Shown piece by piece: positions 51,114-60,777 of a stretch of DNA of 64,000 nucleotides. Source of the DNA: Alphaproteobacteria bacterium (GTDB lineage: Bacteria; Pseudomonadota; Alphaproteobacteria; CALMVH01). The position numbers and the translations under genes were made by a program. Where the stretch lies: assembly GCA_965199265.1 (NCBI GenBank), contig CBDAQV010000010.1:53345-117344 (forward strand). The letters run 5' to 3'. The notes under the pieces were generated by a model that saw only the letters and a program-made list of their open reading frames with translations, was not told where the DNA came from and did no database searches. Each line of letters begins with the position of its first letter. The first letter of the stretch is position 1.

Positions 51114-52169
51114 ATGACAGCTTCTCCCCGCACAAACTCCACCCTCCTCGGCCATGAGAAGGTAGAGCGCCAGATTGCGGAGGCGGTAGCCGCAGGCCAC
51201 CTCCCGCACGGCATCATCCTTGGCGGCGAATGGGGAATCGGCAAGGCGACGCTGGCGTTCCGGCTGGCCAAATACCTGCTGTCGCCCGAAGCAAGGCTGA
51301 CCGGTTCGCTGGAGATAGAGCCCGGATCGGCGACAGCGCGACGGGTCGGCGCCCAATCGCACGGCGACCTGATCGTGGTCGAGCGCGAGACGGACGCTTC
51401 GACAGGCAAGCAGGCTCGGGACGTTTCCGTCGAGGATATCCGCAAGGTCGCGCCGTTCCTGCGCCTGACGGCATCCGAGGGCGGATGGCGGATCGCAATC
51501 ATCGACGATGCGTCGTTCCTGAACCGCGCCGGTCAGAACGCCCTGCTGAAGATACTGGAGGAGCCGCCGCCGCGTTCGGTCCTGATCCTGGTCTGCGACC
51601 GCCCTGGCCTGCTGCTGCCGACCATCCACTCCCGCTGCCGCCTCATCCGGCTTGCGCCGCTTGTTCCGGCGACGTTGGAAACGCTCCTGAGATCACACGC
51701 GCCCGAGCTAGACGCGGAGCAGCGCCCGGCGATCGTCGCCCTGGCCGAGGGCAGCCTGGGCCGCGCGCTGAGGCTGGTCGAAAACGATGGGCTGCCGCTT
51801 TACGGCGAGCTTGCGGGGCTTCTGGAAACGCTTCCGGATCCGGACTGGCCGGCGGTTCACGCCTTTGCCGACCGGCTCGGAAGTCCCGCCGCCGAGCCGT
51901 CCTACCGCCTGTTCACCGAGTTCCTGAGCGGCTGGCTGACGCGGCTGGTCAGAACCGGCGCGGGCGAGCGCGTGACGGACATCCTGCCGGGGGATACCGC
52001 GCAAAGGCAGCGGCTGCTTGGCCTGAGCGGCCTTGATCGCTGGATTGACGCATGCGAGAACATCGCCCAGCGCCTGACGGCTACCGATTCCGCCAACCTC
52101 GACCGCAGGCTGGCGGTTTGGAGCGTCTTCGAAACACTGGCACGGCTGGGCGCGCGGTCTGCCGCTTGA
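51114..52169 (+). CDS. holB: DNA polymerase III delta' subunit
   Basis: GIGKATLA, NALLKILEEPP, LLPTIHSRC; between tmk and metG. Confidence 0.93.
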   Translation: MTASPRTNSTLLGHEKVERQIAEAVAAGHLPHGIILGGEWGIGKATLAFRLAKYLLSPEARLTGSLEIEPGSATARRVGAQSHGDLIVVERETDASTGKQARDVSVEDIRKVAPFLRLTASEGGWRIAIIDDASFLNRAGQNALLKILEEPPPRSVLILVCDRPGLLLPTIHSRCRLIRLAPLVPATLETLLRSHAPELDAEQRPAIVALAEGSLGRALRLVENDGLPLYGELAGLLETLPDPDWPAVHAFADRLGSPAAEPSYRLFTEFLSGWLTRLVRTGAGERVTDILPGDTAQRQRLLGLSGLDRWIDACENIAQRLTATDSANLDRRLAVWSVFETLARLGARSAA

Positions 52170-52179
52170 GCCGAGTTCC

Positions 52180-53721
52180 ATGTCGAAGCCCCCGTTCTAC
52201 ATCACCACCCCGATCTATTACGTCAACGGCGAGCCGACCGTCGGCGCGACTTACACGACGCTGGCCTGCGACGTGCTGGCGCGGTTCAAGCGGCTGGACG
52301 GGCACGAGGTGATGTTCCTGACCGGCACGGACGAGCACGGCCAGAAGGTCGAGAAAGCGGCGAAGGCGGCAGGGCTGCATCCGCAGGCGTTCACAGACCA
52401 GGTCTCGCAGGCTTTTCGTAGCCTTTCCGGGCTGATGAACTTCTCCATAGACGACTTCATCCGCACCACCGAAGGGCGGCACAAGCGCGGCGCGCAGGAT
52501 TTCTGGAACCGCCTGCAAGACGCCGGACAGATTTACCTAGGCGGTTACTCCGGCTGGTACGCGCTCAGCGACGAGGCCTTCTATGCCGAGGACGAGACCA
52601 GCATCATGCCCGACGGCAAGCGCAAGGCCACCGCCAGCGGCTCCGAATGCGTGTGGATGGAGGAACCGAGCTACTTCTTCAAGCTGTCGGAATGGAGCGA
52701 ACGGCTGCTCGATCATTACGAAGCCCATCCGGACTTCATCCTGCCGGCCTCGCGCCGCAACGAGATCGTCAGCTTCGTCCGCGGCGGGTTGACCGACCTT
52801 TCGATCAGCCGCACCGGCTTTACCTGGGGCGTCAAGGTGCCCGGGAACGAGACGCATGTCGTCTATGTCTGGCTCGACGCCCTGACTAACTACATGACCG
52901 CGCTCGGCTATCCCGACCAGACGGAAGCCTACAACAAGTTCTGGCCGGCCGACCTGCACATGGTCGGCAAGGACATCCTGCGTTTTCACGCCGTCTACTG
53001 GCCGGCTTTCCTGATGGCGGCGGGGTTGCCGCTGCCGAAGCGCGTCTTCGCCCACGGCTGGTGGACCAACGAGGGCGAGAAGATGTCGAAGTCGCTCGGC
53101 AACGGCCTGTACCCCGAACCGCTGGTGCGCGAATTCGGCCTCGACCAGACGCGCTTCTTCCTGCTGCGCGCTTTTCCGTTCGGCAATGACGGCGATTTTT
53201 CGCGAAAGGCGATGATCGAGCGGATCAACGGCGACCTGGCGAACGGCATCGGCAACCTGGCGCAGCGTACCCTGTCGCAGGTAGCCAAGAACTGCGGTGG
53301 CAAGCTGCCCTCGGTCGCGAACCCAACCGATGACGACAACGCGCTGCTATTCGCGGCGCGGCAGCTGCCGCAGATCCTGCGGCTGGAGCTGGAGATCCCG
53401 GCTTACCACAAGGCCCTGGACGCGATTTTCGCGGTGGTCGGCGAAGCCGACTCCTACGTTGACCGGCAAGCGCCGTGGAACCTGCGCAAGACCGACTTCA
53501 CGCGCATGGAAACCGTGCTGGCGGTGCTGGCGCGCGTCCTGCGCGAAGTCGCGACCTGCCTGCTGCCCTTCATGCCGGACGCGATGGAGCGGCTGCTGGA
53601 CCAGCTCGGCGTACCAGCAGAGAGCCGGGATTTTGCCGCTCTCGAACGCGACGTTCCCGCCGGCACCGTCCTGCCAGCGCCGCAAGGGATTTTTCCGCGC
53701 TTCGTCGAGGAAACGGCGTGA
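52180..53721 (+). CDS. metG: Methionine--tRNA ligase (HIGH motif reads TVGA)
   Basis: YITTPIYYVNG, TGTDEHGQK, YVWLDAL, GKDILRFH, KMSKS. Confidence 0.96.
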   Translation: MSKPPFYITTPIYYVNGEPTVGATYTTLACDVLARFKRLDGHEVMFLTGTDEHGQKVEKAAKAAGLHPQAFTDQVSQAFRSLSGLMNFSIDDFIRTTEGRHKRGAQDFWNRLQDAGQIYLGGYSGWYALSDEAFYAEDETSIMPDGKRKATASGSECVWMEEPSYFFKLSEWSERLLDHYEAHPDFILPASRRNEIVSFVRGGLTDLSISRTGFTWGVKVPGNETHVVYVWLDALTNYMTALGYPDQTEAYNKFWPADLHMVGKDILRFHAVYWPAFLMAAGLPLPKRVFAHGWWTNEGEKMSKSLGNGLYPEPLVREFGLDQTRFFLLRAFPFGNDGDFSRKAMIERINGDLANGIGNLAQRTLSQVAKNCGGKLPSVANPTDDDNALLFAARQLPQILRLELEIPAYHKALDAIFAVVGEADSYVDRQAPWNLRKTDFTRMETVLAVLARVLREVATCLLPFMPDAMERLLDQLGVPAESRDFAALERDVPAGTVLPAPQGIFPRFVEETA

Positions 53722-54497
53722 TGCTGGTCGACAGCCACTGTCACCTCGACTTCCCGGAGTTCGCCGCGGACCGTGAGGAAGTCATGGAACGTGCGCGCAA
53801 GGCCGGGGTCGGGCATTTCCTGACCATCTGCACGCATCTTCGCAAGGCGGAGTCGGTCCTCGCCGTCGCGGACGCCTACACCGATGCCAGCGCCAGCATC
53901 GGCACCCACCCGCATCATGCGGAAGAGGAGCTCGACCTGGGCAAGGCGGAGCTCCTGCGCCTTGCTTCGCGACCTAAAGTGATTGCCATCGGCGAGTGCG
54001 GGCTGGACTACCACTACAACCATAGCCCGTCCGGTGACCAGCAGTCCGTCTTTCGCCAGCACATCCAGGCATCTCTGGAAACCGGGCTGCCGCTCATCAT
54101 CCACACCCGCGACGCGGAAGACGACACCATGCGCCTGCTTCGCGAGGAATCTGCAGGCGCGCCGCTCAAGGGCGTGCTGCACTGCTTTTCCTCAAGCCGC
54201 AAGCTGGCGGAGGAAGCGCTGGAGTTCGGCCTCCTGATCTCCTTTTCCGGCATCATCACCTTCAGGAGTGCGGACGATATCCGCGTCACTGCCGGCATCG
54301 TCCCGCTCGACCGGCTGCTGGTCGAGACCGACGCGCCGTTCCTTGCGCCGATCCCGAACCGCGGCAAGCGCAACGAGCCGGCTTTCGTCAGTCACACTGC
54401 TGAAAAATTGGCCATGATCAAGGAAGTCCCGGTGCGCCAGCTTGCCGAGCGCACGACCGGAAATTTCTTCAGGCTCTTCGCTCGCGCCGTACGATGA
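53721..54497 (+). CDS. tatD: TatD-family DNase
   Basis: DSHCHL, IGECGLDY, IHTR, LHCF, LVETDAP. Confidence 0.95.
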   Translation: MLVDSHCHLDFPEFAADREEVMERARKAGVGHFLTICTHLRKAESVLAVADAYTDASASIGTHPHHAEEELDLGKAELLRLASRPKVIAIGECGLDYHYNHSPSGDQQSVFRQHIQASLETGLPLIIHTRDAEDDTMRLLREESAGAPLKGVLHCFSSSRKLAEEALEFGLLISFSGIITFRSADDIRVTAGIVPLDRLLVETDAPFLAPIPNRGKRNEPAFVSHTAEKLAMIKEVPVRQLAERTTGNFFRLFARAVR

Positions 54498-55258
54498 AAG
54501 TTACCATCCTGGGATGCGGCGCTTCGACTGGGGTGCCGATGATCGGTAACGATTGGGGCGATTGCAATCCTGCCGAACCGCGCAACATCCGTACCCGCAG
54601 CTCGATCCTGATCGAGCATGCCGGCAGGGCGATTCTGGTCGACGCGGGACCGGACCTGCGCGCACAGCTGCTGACCGCGGGGACGAGGCACCTCGACGCG
54701 GTTGTCTTCACGCACGAGCATGCGGACCATACGCAGGGCGTGGACGACCTGCGTAGTTTCTTCCAGATGAGCGGTCGGCCGCTACCTGTCTACGGTACGG
54801 TGGACACAATCGGTTCGATCCGTCAGCGCTTCGGCTACATGTTCGACGAGACCAAGGAAGGCGTTGCGCGCGGCTTCCTGAGCGCTCATGCAATCGGCGA
54901 CGATGAAGGCGTGCCGGAACTGGGGATTTCGACTTTCGCGCAGAAACATCTGTACTGGACAAGCCTCGGCCTCCGGATCGGCAGCTTCGCGTATTCAACG
55001 GATGTCAAGGAGATGCCGGAGGCTGCCTTTGGCAATCTGGAAAGCCTAGACACGTGGGTTGTCGCAGCGCTGCGACGACAACCTCATCCGGCCCATGCCG
55101 CGCTGGATGTTATCCTCGGCTGGATCGGCAGGGTGGCGCCGAAGCGATCTTACCTGACGCACATGAATCCCAGCATGGATTACCGAACGCTTCTGGACGA
55201 GCTACCCTCCGGCATCGAGCCGGCTTATGATGGACTGGTCATCGAACTTGAAGACTGA
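54494..55258 (+). CDS. Metallo-beta-lactamase-fold hydrolase (PhnP-like)
   Basis: LGCGASTGVP, THEHADH, YSTD, LTHM, AYDG. Confidence 0.92.
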   Translation: MKVTILGCGASTGVPMIGNDWGDCNPAEPRNIRTRSSILIEHAGRAILVDAGPDLRAQLLTAGTRHLDAVVFTHEHADHTQGVDDLRSFFQMSGRPLPVYGTVDTIGSIRQRFGYMFDETKEGVARGFLSAHAIGDDEGVPELGISTFAQKHLYWTSLGLRIGSFAYSTDVKEMPEAAFGNLESLDTWVVAALRRQPHPAHAALDVILGWIGRVAPKRSYLTHMNPSMDYRTLLDELPSGIEPAYDGLVIELED

Positions 55259-56738
55259 ACCGCCGAGCAGGGCGCAAACCCGGCAGGCGACGGCGGAGCG
55301 CACGCTATCGACGGCGTTCGCGGCGATCCTGGCGATCACGGTCTTCCGGCTGGTGACGCTGGTCGAAAGCCCGATCAACCTGCAGTTCGACGAGGCGCAG
55401 TACTGGGACTGGTCGCGGCACCTTGCCTTCGGGTACGTCTCGAAACCGCCGCTGATCGCGTGGCTGATTCGTGCGACGACCGCCCTGTTCGGCGACAGCG
55501 AGGCAGGGATACGCGCCTCGGCACCGGTCCTGCATGGATTGACCGCAATGGCCATCTTTGCCGTGACGCGGATCATGTACGATGGGCTGACTGCGTTCTG
55601 GGCCGCCATCGTGTACATCACGCTCCCCGCCGTCGGTTACTCCTCGCTGATCATCTCGACGGATGCGGTGCTGCTCCCGTTCTGGGCCGTGGCGCTCGGG
55701 TTGTGGTGGCGTGGGCTGCAGCGGCCAAGCGACCGGCTTGCCGTCGCCCTCGGTATTTGCATCGGCTTGGGCCTCATGGCCAAATATGCAATGATTTATT
55801 TCGTACTCTCCGCCGCGGTTCACCTGGCGGTGTCGCGAGAGGCGAGGGGGAAAATACTTCGGCGCTTTTGCCTGATCGCCGCGGCCGTTGCCACCATTAT
55901 CGTAATTCCGAACCTGTGTTGGAATTTCGAGCATGGCTGGGCGACGTTCTCGCACACCGCAGAGAATGCCGACTGGGAGGGCTCGCGCAAGGGCGGGTTC
56001 GAGCCCGCGCTCGAGTTCATCGGCGGTCAGTTCGGCATGTTCGGTCCGATCCTGCTTGGGATGGTGATCTGGTTCCTGGTAAGCGGCCGCGGCAAGCCGA
56101 AGAGCGAGCGCACGGTCTTCCTTCTCTGCTTCAGTATGCCGCTTCTAGTAATTGTTTTGTCTCAGGCTTTTATTGCCGGTTCGCATACGAACTGGGCAGC
56201 GCCGGCCTATATTGCCCTCACGATCCTGCTGGCGCACTGGGCTGTGACAAGCGCGCCGAGATGGCTGTTGACCTCGACGGTGCTTCACTTGGGATTGATC
56301 ATCGTCTTCTGCTTCATGTTCGCGGGCTACGTTCCGGCGCGCGATATCCCGCACCGGATCGATATCCTTGCCAAGCTTCGCGGCTGGGACCGCATGGCGC
56401 AGCTGATCGATGGCGAACTGAAGCAGCATCCCGGCCATAACCTGCTGCTGGACGAGCGCAAGTTTGCAGTCTTGTTCAGTTATTACCTGCGCAACAAGCC
56501 GTACCAGATTGTAATATGGCCGTTTAAAGGAAAAAACCATAGCCAGTTCTCGATGACGAACTCGATCGATCTGAAGACCGGCAGGGAAGTCCTGCTGGTG
56601 ACGCGATGGCCCGAGCCGAACATTGAAAACATGTTTCCCAAGCACAAGGAAATTGGCAGCCTCGCCTTGATCCCCAGTCCTGGCGAGAAGCGCGAGTTCT
56701 ACCTTTTCGATTGCCGCGATTTGCAGCTGGCGCCGTGA
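55227..56738 (+). CDS. ArnT/PMT-2-like (GT-C) glycosyltransferase
   Basis: FDEAQYWDWS..LAFGY.SKPP, ISTD, GLMAKY, many TM helices. Confidence 0.88.
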   Translation: MMDWSSNLKTEPPSRAQTRQATAERTLSTAFAAILAITVFRLVTLVESPINLQFDEAQYWDWSRHLAFGYVSKPPLIAWLIRATTALFGDSEAGIRASAPVLHGLTAMAIFAVTRIMYDGLTAFWAAIVYITLPAVGYSSLIISTDAVLLPFWAVALGLWWRGLQRPSDRLAVALGICIGLGLMAKYAMIYFVLSAAVHLAVSREARGKILRRFCLIAAAVATIIVIPNLCWNFEHGWATFSHTAENADWEGSRKGGFEPALEFIGGQFGMFGPILLGMVIWFLVSGRGKPKSERTVFLLCFSMPLLVIVLSQAFIAGSHTNWAAPAYIALTILLAHWAVTSAPRWLLTSTVLHLGLIIVFCFMFAGYVPARDIPHRIDILAKLRGWDRMAQLIDGELKQHPGHNLLLDERKFAVLFSYYLRNKPYQIVIWPFKGKNHSQFSMTNSIDLKTGREVLLVTRWPEPNIENMFPKHKEIGSLALIPSPGEKREFYLFDCRDLQLAP

Positions 56739-57472
56739 GCAAACGCCTGCCCCCTTCCGTCACGTTCGGCAAGCGTTCTCGCCTTTCCAGCAGGTCTTTA
56801 CCGCTGATATCAAGCGCGACAGCGGCGTGGGCGTTGCTAGCAGCGACCGTCCTTGCGAGCCTCGGTTTCTACCTTTTTCCTCAGGTCGATCTCGCCGCCA
56901 GCGCGCTGTTCTGGAATGGCGCTCACTTCGTGCTGGCGAAGGGAGAACCAGCCGCTTTTTTGTCCGACTGGATTCATTACGGTTTGCGTGGCGCGTTTCT
57001 TGCCGGCTTGGTTCTGGACGGGATCCTTTTGATCATTGGCCGGCAACCCGCTGGCCTGACACGACGCAAGTACCTGTTCGTTGTTCTCAGCCTGTCGCTG
57101 AGCGCCGGGCTGGTCACCAACGTTTTGCTGAAAGATCACTGGGGCAGGGCGCGCCCCAACCAGATCAGTGAGTACGGCGGCAAGGCCCGGTTCACGTCGG
57201 CCTGGGTCATCAGTGACCAATGCGGCAGGAACTGCTCCTTTATCGGAGGCGATGTCTCGTTCGCGGCCTGTGCGCTCGCACCGGCGATGCTGGCAAGTCG
57301 CCGCAGGCGCTGGGTTTGCGGCGCTATCGGACTGACGGCCGTGACCGCGCTGGCTCGCCTTGCGGCAGGAGGACACTTCCTGAGCGACTGCGTGATCGCT
57401 GCGTTTCTGACGTGGTTTGTCGTAGTCTGTTTGTTTCGCTTGCTGAAGCTTGAAGCCAACGGTCGAAGCTGA
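56735..57472 (+). CDS. PAP2-family membrane phosphatase (LpxE/LpxF-like)
   Basis: KDHWGRARP, CSFIGGD, RLAAGGHFLSD; GTGA overlap with the GT gene. Confidence 0.85.
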   Translation: MSKRLPPSVTFGKRSRLSSRSLPLISSATAAWALLAATVLASLGFYLFPQVDLAASALFWNGAHFVLAKGEPAAFLSDWIHYGLRGAFLAGLVLDGILLIIGRQPAGLTRRKYLFVVLSLSLSAGLVTNVLLKDHWGRARPNQISEYGGKARFTSAWVISDQCGRNCSFIGGDVSFAACALAPAMLASRRRRWVCGAIGLTAVTALARLAAGGHFLSDCVIAAFLTWFVVVCLFRLLKLEANGRS

Positions 57473-57557
57473 GGCATATTATTTTCCATAATATATATTA
57501 TACGACTAAAACGAGGTCGATCTCGACAAACTCCGCGTCTCCTGCCAGTGATGAAGG

Positions 57558-58376
57558 ATGGAAGATACCAAGCCGATCGACACTCTCCTTTCCTTGATGG
57601 CTCGCCTGCGCGATCCGCAGAACGGCTGTCCGTGGGACATCGAGCAAACCTTCGCGACCATTGCCCCGTACACCATCGAGGAGGCCTATGAGGTCGCTGA
57701 CGCCGCGGAGCGTGGCCACATGGCGGATTTGAAGGAGGAGCTTGGCGATTTGCTGCTGCAGGTCGTGTTCCATGCTCGCATGGCCGAGGAACAACACAGC
57801 TTCACATTCGACGACATCGCCGCCGCAATCGCGGAGAAGCTGGTGCGCCGGCACCCTCATTTATTCGGGAAAGAGTCAGCCGGAACCGCGGATGATGTGC
57901 TCGGGATTTGGGAAAACAAGAAATCCCAAGAACGCGCCGCCAAGGCTCATCCGGGCAAGCCGGCCAGCGTTCTTGACGGGGTCGCGCTTTCTTTGCCCGC
58001 CCTGACCCGCGCCGCCAAGCTTCAGCGCCGCATGTCGCGCGCAGGCTTCGACTGGGACAAGCCGGAACAGGTGCTTGGAAAAATCCAGGAAGAATTGGCC
58101 GAGCTGAAGGTAGAAATCCTCGCAGGCGAACGCGAACTGGCGCAGCAGGAACTGGGAGACGTGCTGTTCACGGTGGCGCAGATGGCCAACCATCTTGAAA
58201 TTGAGCCCGAAACCGCCCTGCGCGGCGCCACCGCCAAGGTAGAACGCCGTTTCCGGCACATCGAGGCCGGTGTGGCCGAATCAGGCAAATCGCTGAACGA
58301 GGCCAGCTTCGAAGAGATGGAAGCCTTGTGGCAGGATGCGAAACGCATGGAAAAAGACGTTCAGGCGGCCGAGTAA
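57558..58376 (+). CDS. mazG: Nucleoside triphosphate pyrophosphohydrolase
   Basis: GCPWD.EQT, EEAYEV, EELGDLL, RRHPH. Confidence 0.96.
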   Translation: MEDTKPIDTLLSLMARLRDPQNGCPWDIEQTFATIAPYTIEEAYEVADAAERGHMADLKEELGDLLLQVVFHARMAEEQHSFTFDDIAAAIAEKLVRRHPHLFGKESAGTADDVLGIWENKKSQERAAKAHPGKPASVLDGVALSLPALTRAAKLQRRMSRAGFDWDKPEQVLGKIQEELAELKVEILAGERELAQQELGDVLFTVAQMANHLEIEPETALRGATAKVERRFRHIEAGVAESGKSLNEASFEEMEALWQDAKRMEKDVQAAE

Positions 58377-58389
58377 GCCTGCGTCGGAA

Positions 58390-59616
58390 CTATTTATTCA
58401 CTCGCCGCTCCAAGGTCACCCGCGTCGTTCCGTCGTCGTCATGACGGTCCAGCACCCTTCCCTGCCGGTACAGAGCCGCAAGGCCTTTGTCGTCCGTCGA
58501 GTCGATCTCGATCTGGACCCGCTCGCGATCCGTGGCAAGCTGCAGGTCGATCTCTGCCAGAAGGGCGTCCATTCCCTGCCCCGTCAGCGCGGAAACGCGG
58601 ATTGCCGTACCGGCCACGGCTTCAGGCAAAGCAAGATCCGCCTTGTTCAGTACTTCCAGCAATCGGCTATCGTCCGGTGCAATCCCAAGGTCTTCCTCCA
58701 GCACTTTCAGAACATCATCCCGCTGCGCCACCGTGTCGCGGTGGGAAACATCGCGAACATGCAGGATAATATCCGCCTGGCGGACCTCCTCCAGCGTTGC
58801 CGAGAACGCGGCGACCAGCCCGGTCGGCAGGTCGGACACGAACCCGACCGTATCCGATACCAGTACCGGCCAGCCGGACGGCAGCATGGCTTGGCGAATG
58901 GCGGGGTCGAGCGTCGCGAACAGCATGTCGGCCGCCATGACGCCCGAGCGGGTCAGGCGGTTGAACAACGTCGATTTGCCGGCGTTGGTATAGCCGACAA
59001 GCGCCATGACAGGGTCGATGCGCGAACGGCGTTGCAGGCTGCGGCTGTTCTTTACCGTATCCAGTTCCACCTTTATGCGGACGATCCGCTTGTCGGTCAG
59101 CCGCCTGTCGATTTCAAGCTGCGACTCGCCGGGGCCGCCCAGGAAACCGAAGCCGCCGCGTTGCCGCTCAAGGTGGGTCCACGAGCGCACAAGGCGTGAA
59201 CGCTGATATTGCAGCGCGGCCAGTTCGACCTGAAGCTGGCCTTCGCGCGTATGCGCGCGTTCGCCGAAAATCTCAAGGATGAGGCCGGTGCGATCAATGA
59301 CCTTGGCTTTCCATGCCGTCTCGAGCTCGCGCTGCTGCGCGGGGCTGAGCGCATGGTCGACGACGACCAGACCGGCATGCCGGTCCTCGACGATTTCGCC
59401 GATCTGTTCGACCTTGCCGCGGCCGAAAAGGCTGGATGGCTCTATCTCGCGCACGCGCACGATCTGTGAGTCTACAATGTCTAGATCGATGGCGCGGGCG
59501 AGGCCTTCGGCTTCAGCCAGTCGCGCTTCCGGTTCGCGGTTCGAAGGCTCGAACCGGATGTCGGGACATAGAATGATCGCTTTGACAGGCGGTGAACGGG
59601 TTTCGATTGGAGCCAA
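58390..59616 (-). CDS. hflX: GTPase HflX
   Basis: GPGESQLE.DRR, GYTNAGKST, FATLD, DTVGF, NKAD. Confidence 0.97.
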   Translation of the reverse strand: MAPIETRSPPVKAIILCPDIRFEPSNREPEARLAEAEGLARAIDLDIVDSQIVRVREIEPSSLFGRGKVEQIGEIVEDRHAGLVVVDHALSPAQQRELETAWKAKVIDRTGLILEIFGERAHTREGQLQVELAALQYQRSRLVRSWTHLERQRGGFGFLGGPGESQLEIDRRLTDKRIVRIKVELDTVKNSRSLQRRSRIDPVMALVGYTNAGKSTLFNRLTRSGVMAADMLFATLDPAIRQAMLPSGWPVLVSDTVGFVSDLPTGLVAAFSATLEEVRQADIILHVRDVSHRDTVAQRDDVLKVLEEDLGIAPDDSRLLEVLNKADLALPEAVAGTAIRVSALTGQGMDALLAEIDLQLATDRERVQIEIDSTDDKGLAALYRQGRVLDRHDDDGTTRVTLERRVNK

Positions 59617-59619
59617 ATT

Positions 59620-59859
59620 CTATTCTTCGTCTTCCGGCTCGAATAGCTGAACCGGCTGTGCCGGCATGATCGTGGAAATCGCATGCTTGTACACAAGCTG
59701 CGAATGCGCGTCGCGTCGCAGCAGCACGGAAAAATTATCGAACCACGTCACGATGCCTTGCAACTTGACCCCGTTCACGAGGAAAATCGTCACAGGGGTT
59801 TTCTGCTTGCGGATTGAGTTCAGGAAAACATCCTGAACATTCTGGCTCTTGTCGGCCAT
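59620..59859 (-). CDS. hfq: RNA chaperone Hfq
   Basis: [22 protein letters not shown]; start at MADKSQ after GAAAGGAAG. Confidence 0.98.
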   Translation of the reverse strand: MADKSQNVQDVFLNSIRKQKTPVTIFLVNGVKLQGIVTWFDNFSVLLRRDAHSQLVYKHAISTIMPAQPVQLFEPEDEE

Positions 59860-59985
59860 CGCGCTTCCTTTCTTCTGTTCCATCTTCGGCTCCGCCGCCC
59901 GGGTTTCGCCTTCGTTTCCCGAGCTCAGCGTCAAAGTTCTGCCGAGTGCCTGCGCCATCGTCTTTCCTCCGTATGCCCTTCAACG

Positions 59986-60666
59986 CTATATGGTGCGAGG
60001 CACGCCCTTTACCAACTCCCTGAGCGCGCTTGCGTTCCGCACGCGCGCATGCGGCGGGTAAGGTTTCAAGTCGCCTTCAAGGCCCAGGCCGAGGCCGGCG
60101 GTCGTTTCGATCAGGATGGCCGTCACCCCTGCCCGCCTTGCGGCCTGCATGTCGGAATGCATGTCGCCCACCATCCAAACGTCGCTTGCGGCGGGAATCA
60201 TGCGTTGCTCCAGCGCGTAAAGGATCGGGGCCGGATGCGGCTTGTCAAAGGCGGCGTCCCCCGCGCCGACGTTGGCGAAGAAATATTTCTCCCAGCCGAG
60301 GCGCGCGATCTCCTGCCGCAGGTTGAATCCCTTCTTGTTGCTGACGACCGCCATCGGCAACCCTGCCGCATGGAACTCGTCAAGCATTTCGGCGCTACCT
60401 TCGATTACCCGGCTTTCCGTGGCGGACAGCATGCCCTCGTAGAACAAGCTGGCGCCAAGCTGCGCGTCTTCTTCGCCGAACACGTCCCGGCAGTTCTCGG
60501 TTGGCGGCCCGCCGGAAAGAGCGATTGCCTGCCGGCGGGTCATGGTAGGGGGTTTTCCGAGTTCGCTCAAAGCGTGGTTCCAGGCGCCGACGATGCCGGT
60601 CCAGTTGTCGACCAACGTCGTGTCCCAATCGAACAGGATGGCGGCTGGAGGGGAGAGCGAAATCAT
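59986..60666 (-). CDS. HAD-family hydrolase (phosphoglycolate phosphatase-like)
   Basis: LFDWDTTL, VSNK, KPHP, VGD...D. Confidence 0.9.
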   Translation of the reverse strand: MISLSPPAAILFDWDTTLVDNWTGIVGAWNHALSELGKPPTMTRRQAIALSGGPPTENCRDVFGEEDAQLGASLFYEGMLSATESRVIEGSAEMLDEFHAAGLPMAVVSNKKGFNLRQEIARLGWEKYFFANVGAGDAAFDKPHPAPILYALEQRMIPAASDVWMVGDMHSDMQAARRAGVTAILIETTAGLGLGLEGDLKPYPPHARVRNASALRELVKGVPRTI

Positions 60667-60777
60667 GGCTTCCTTTCGTCGGGTGATTGGGCGCGCGGCA
60701 TCGATTTCTACAGCTGCATGAGTTGCAACCACCGGCATGGATCGCGCGCCACGCACGGATGACAATCGTTGAGAAAC

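Noticed and set aside
59860-59958. N-terminally extended Hfq
   Set aside because: A strong RBS precedes ATG 59859, giving a normal 79-aa Hfq
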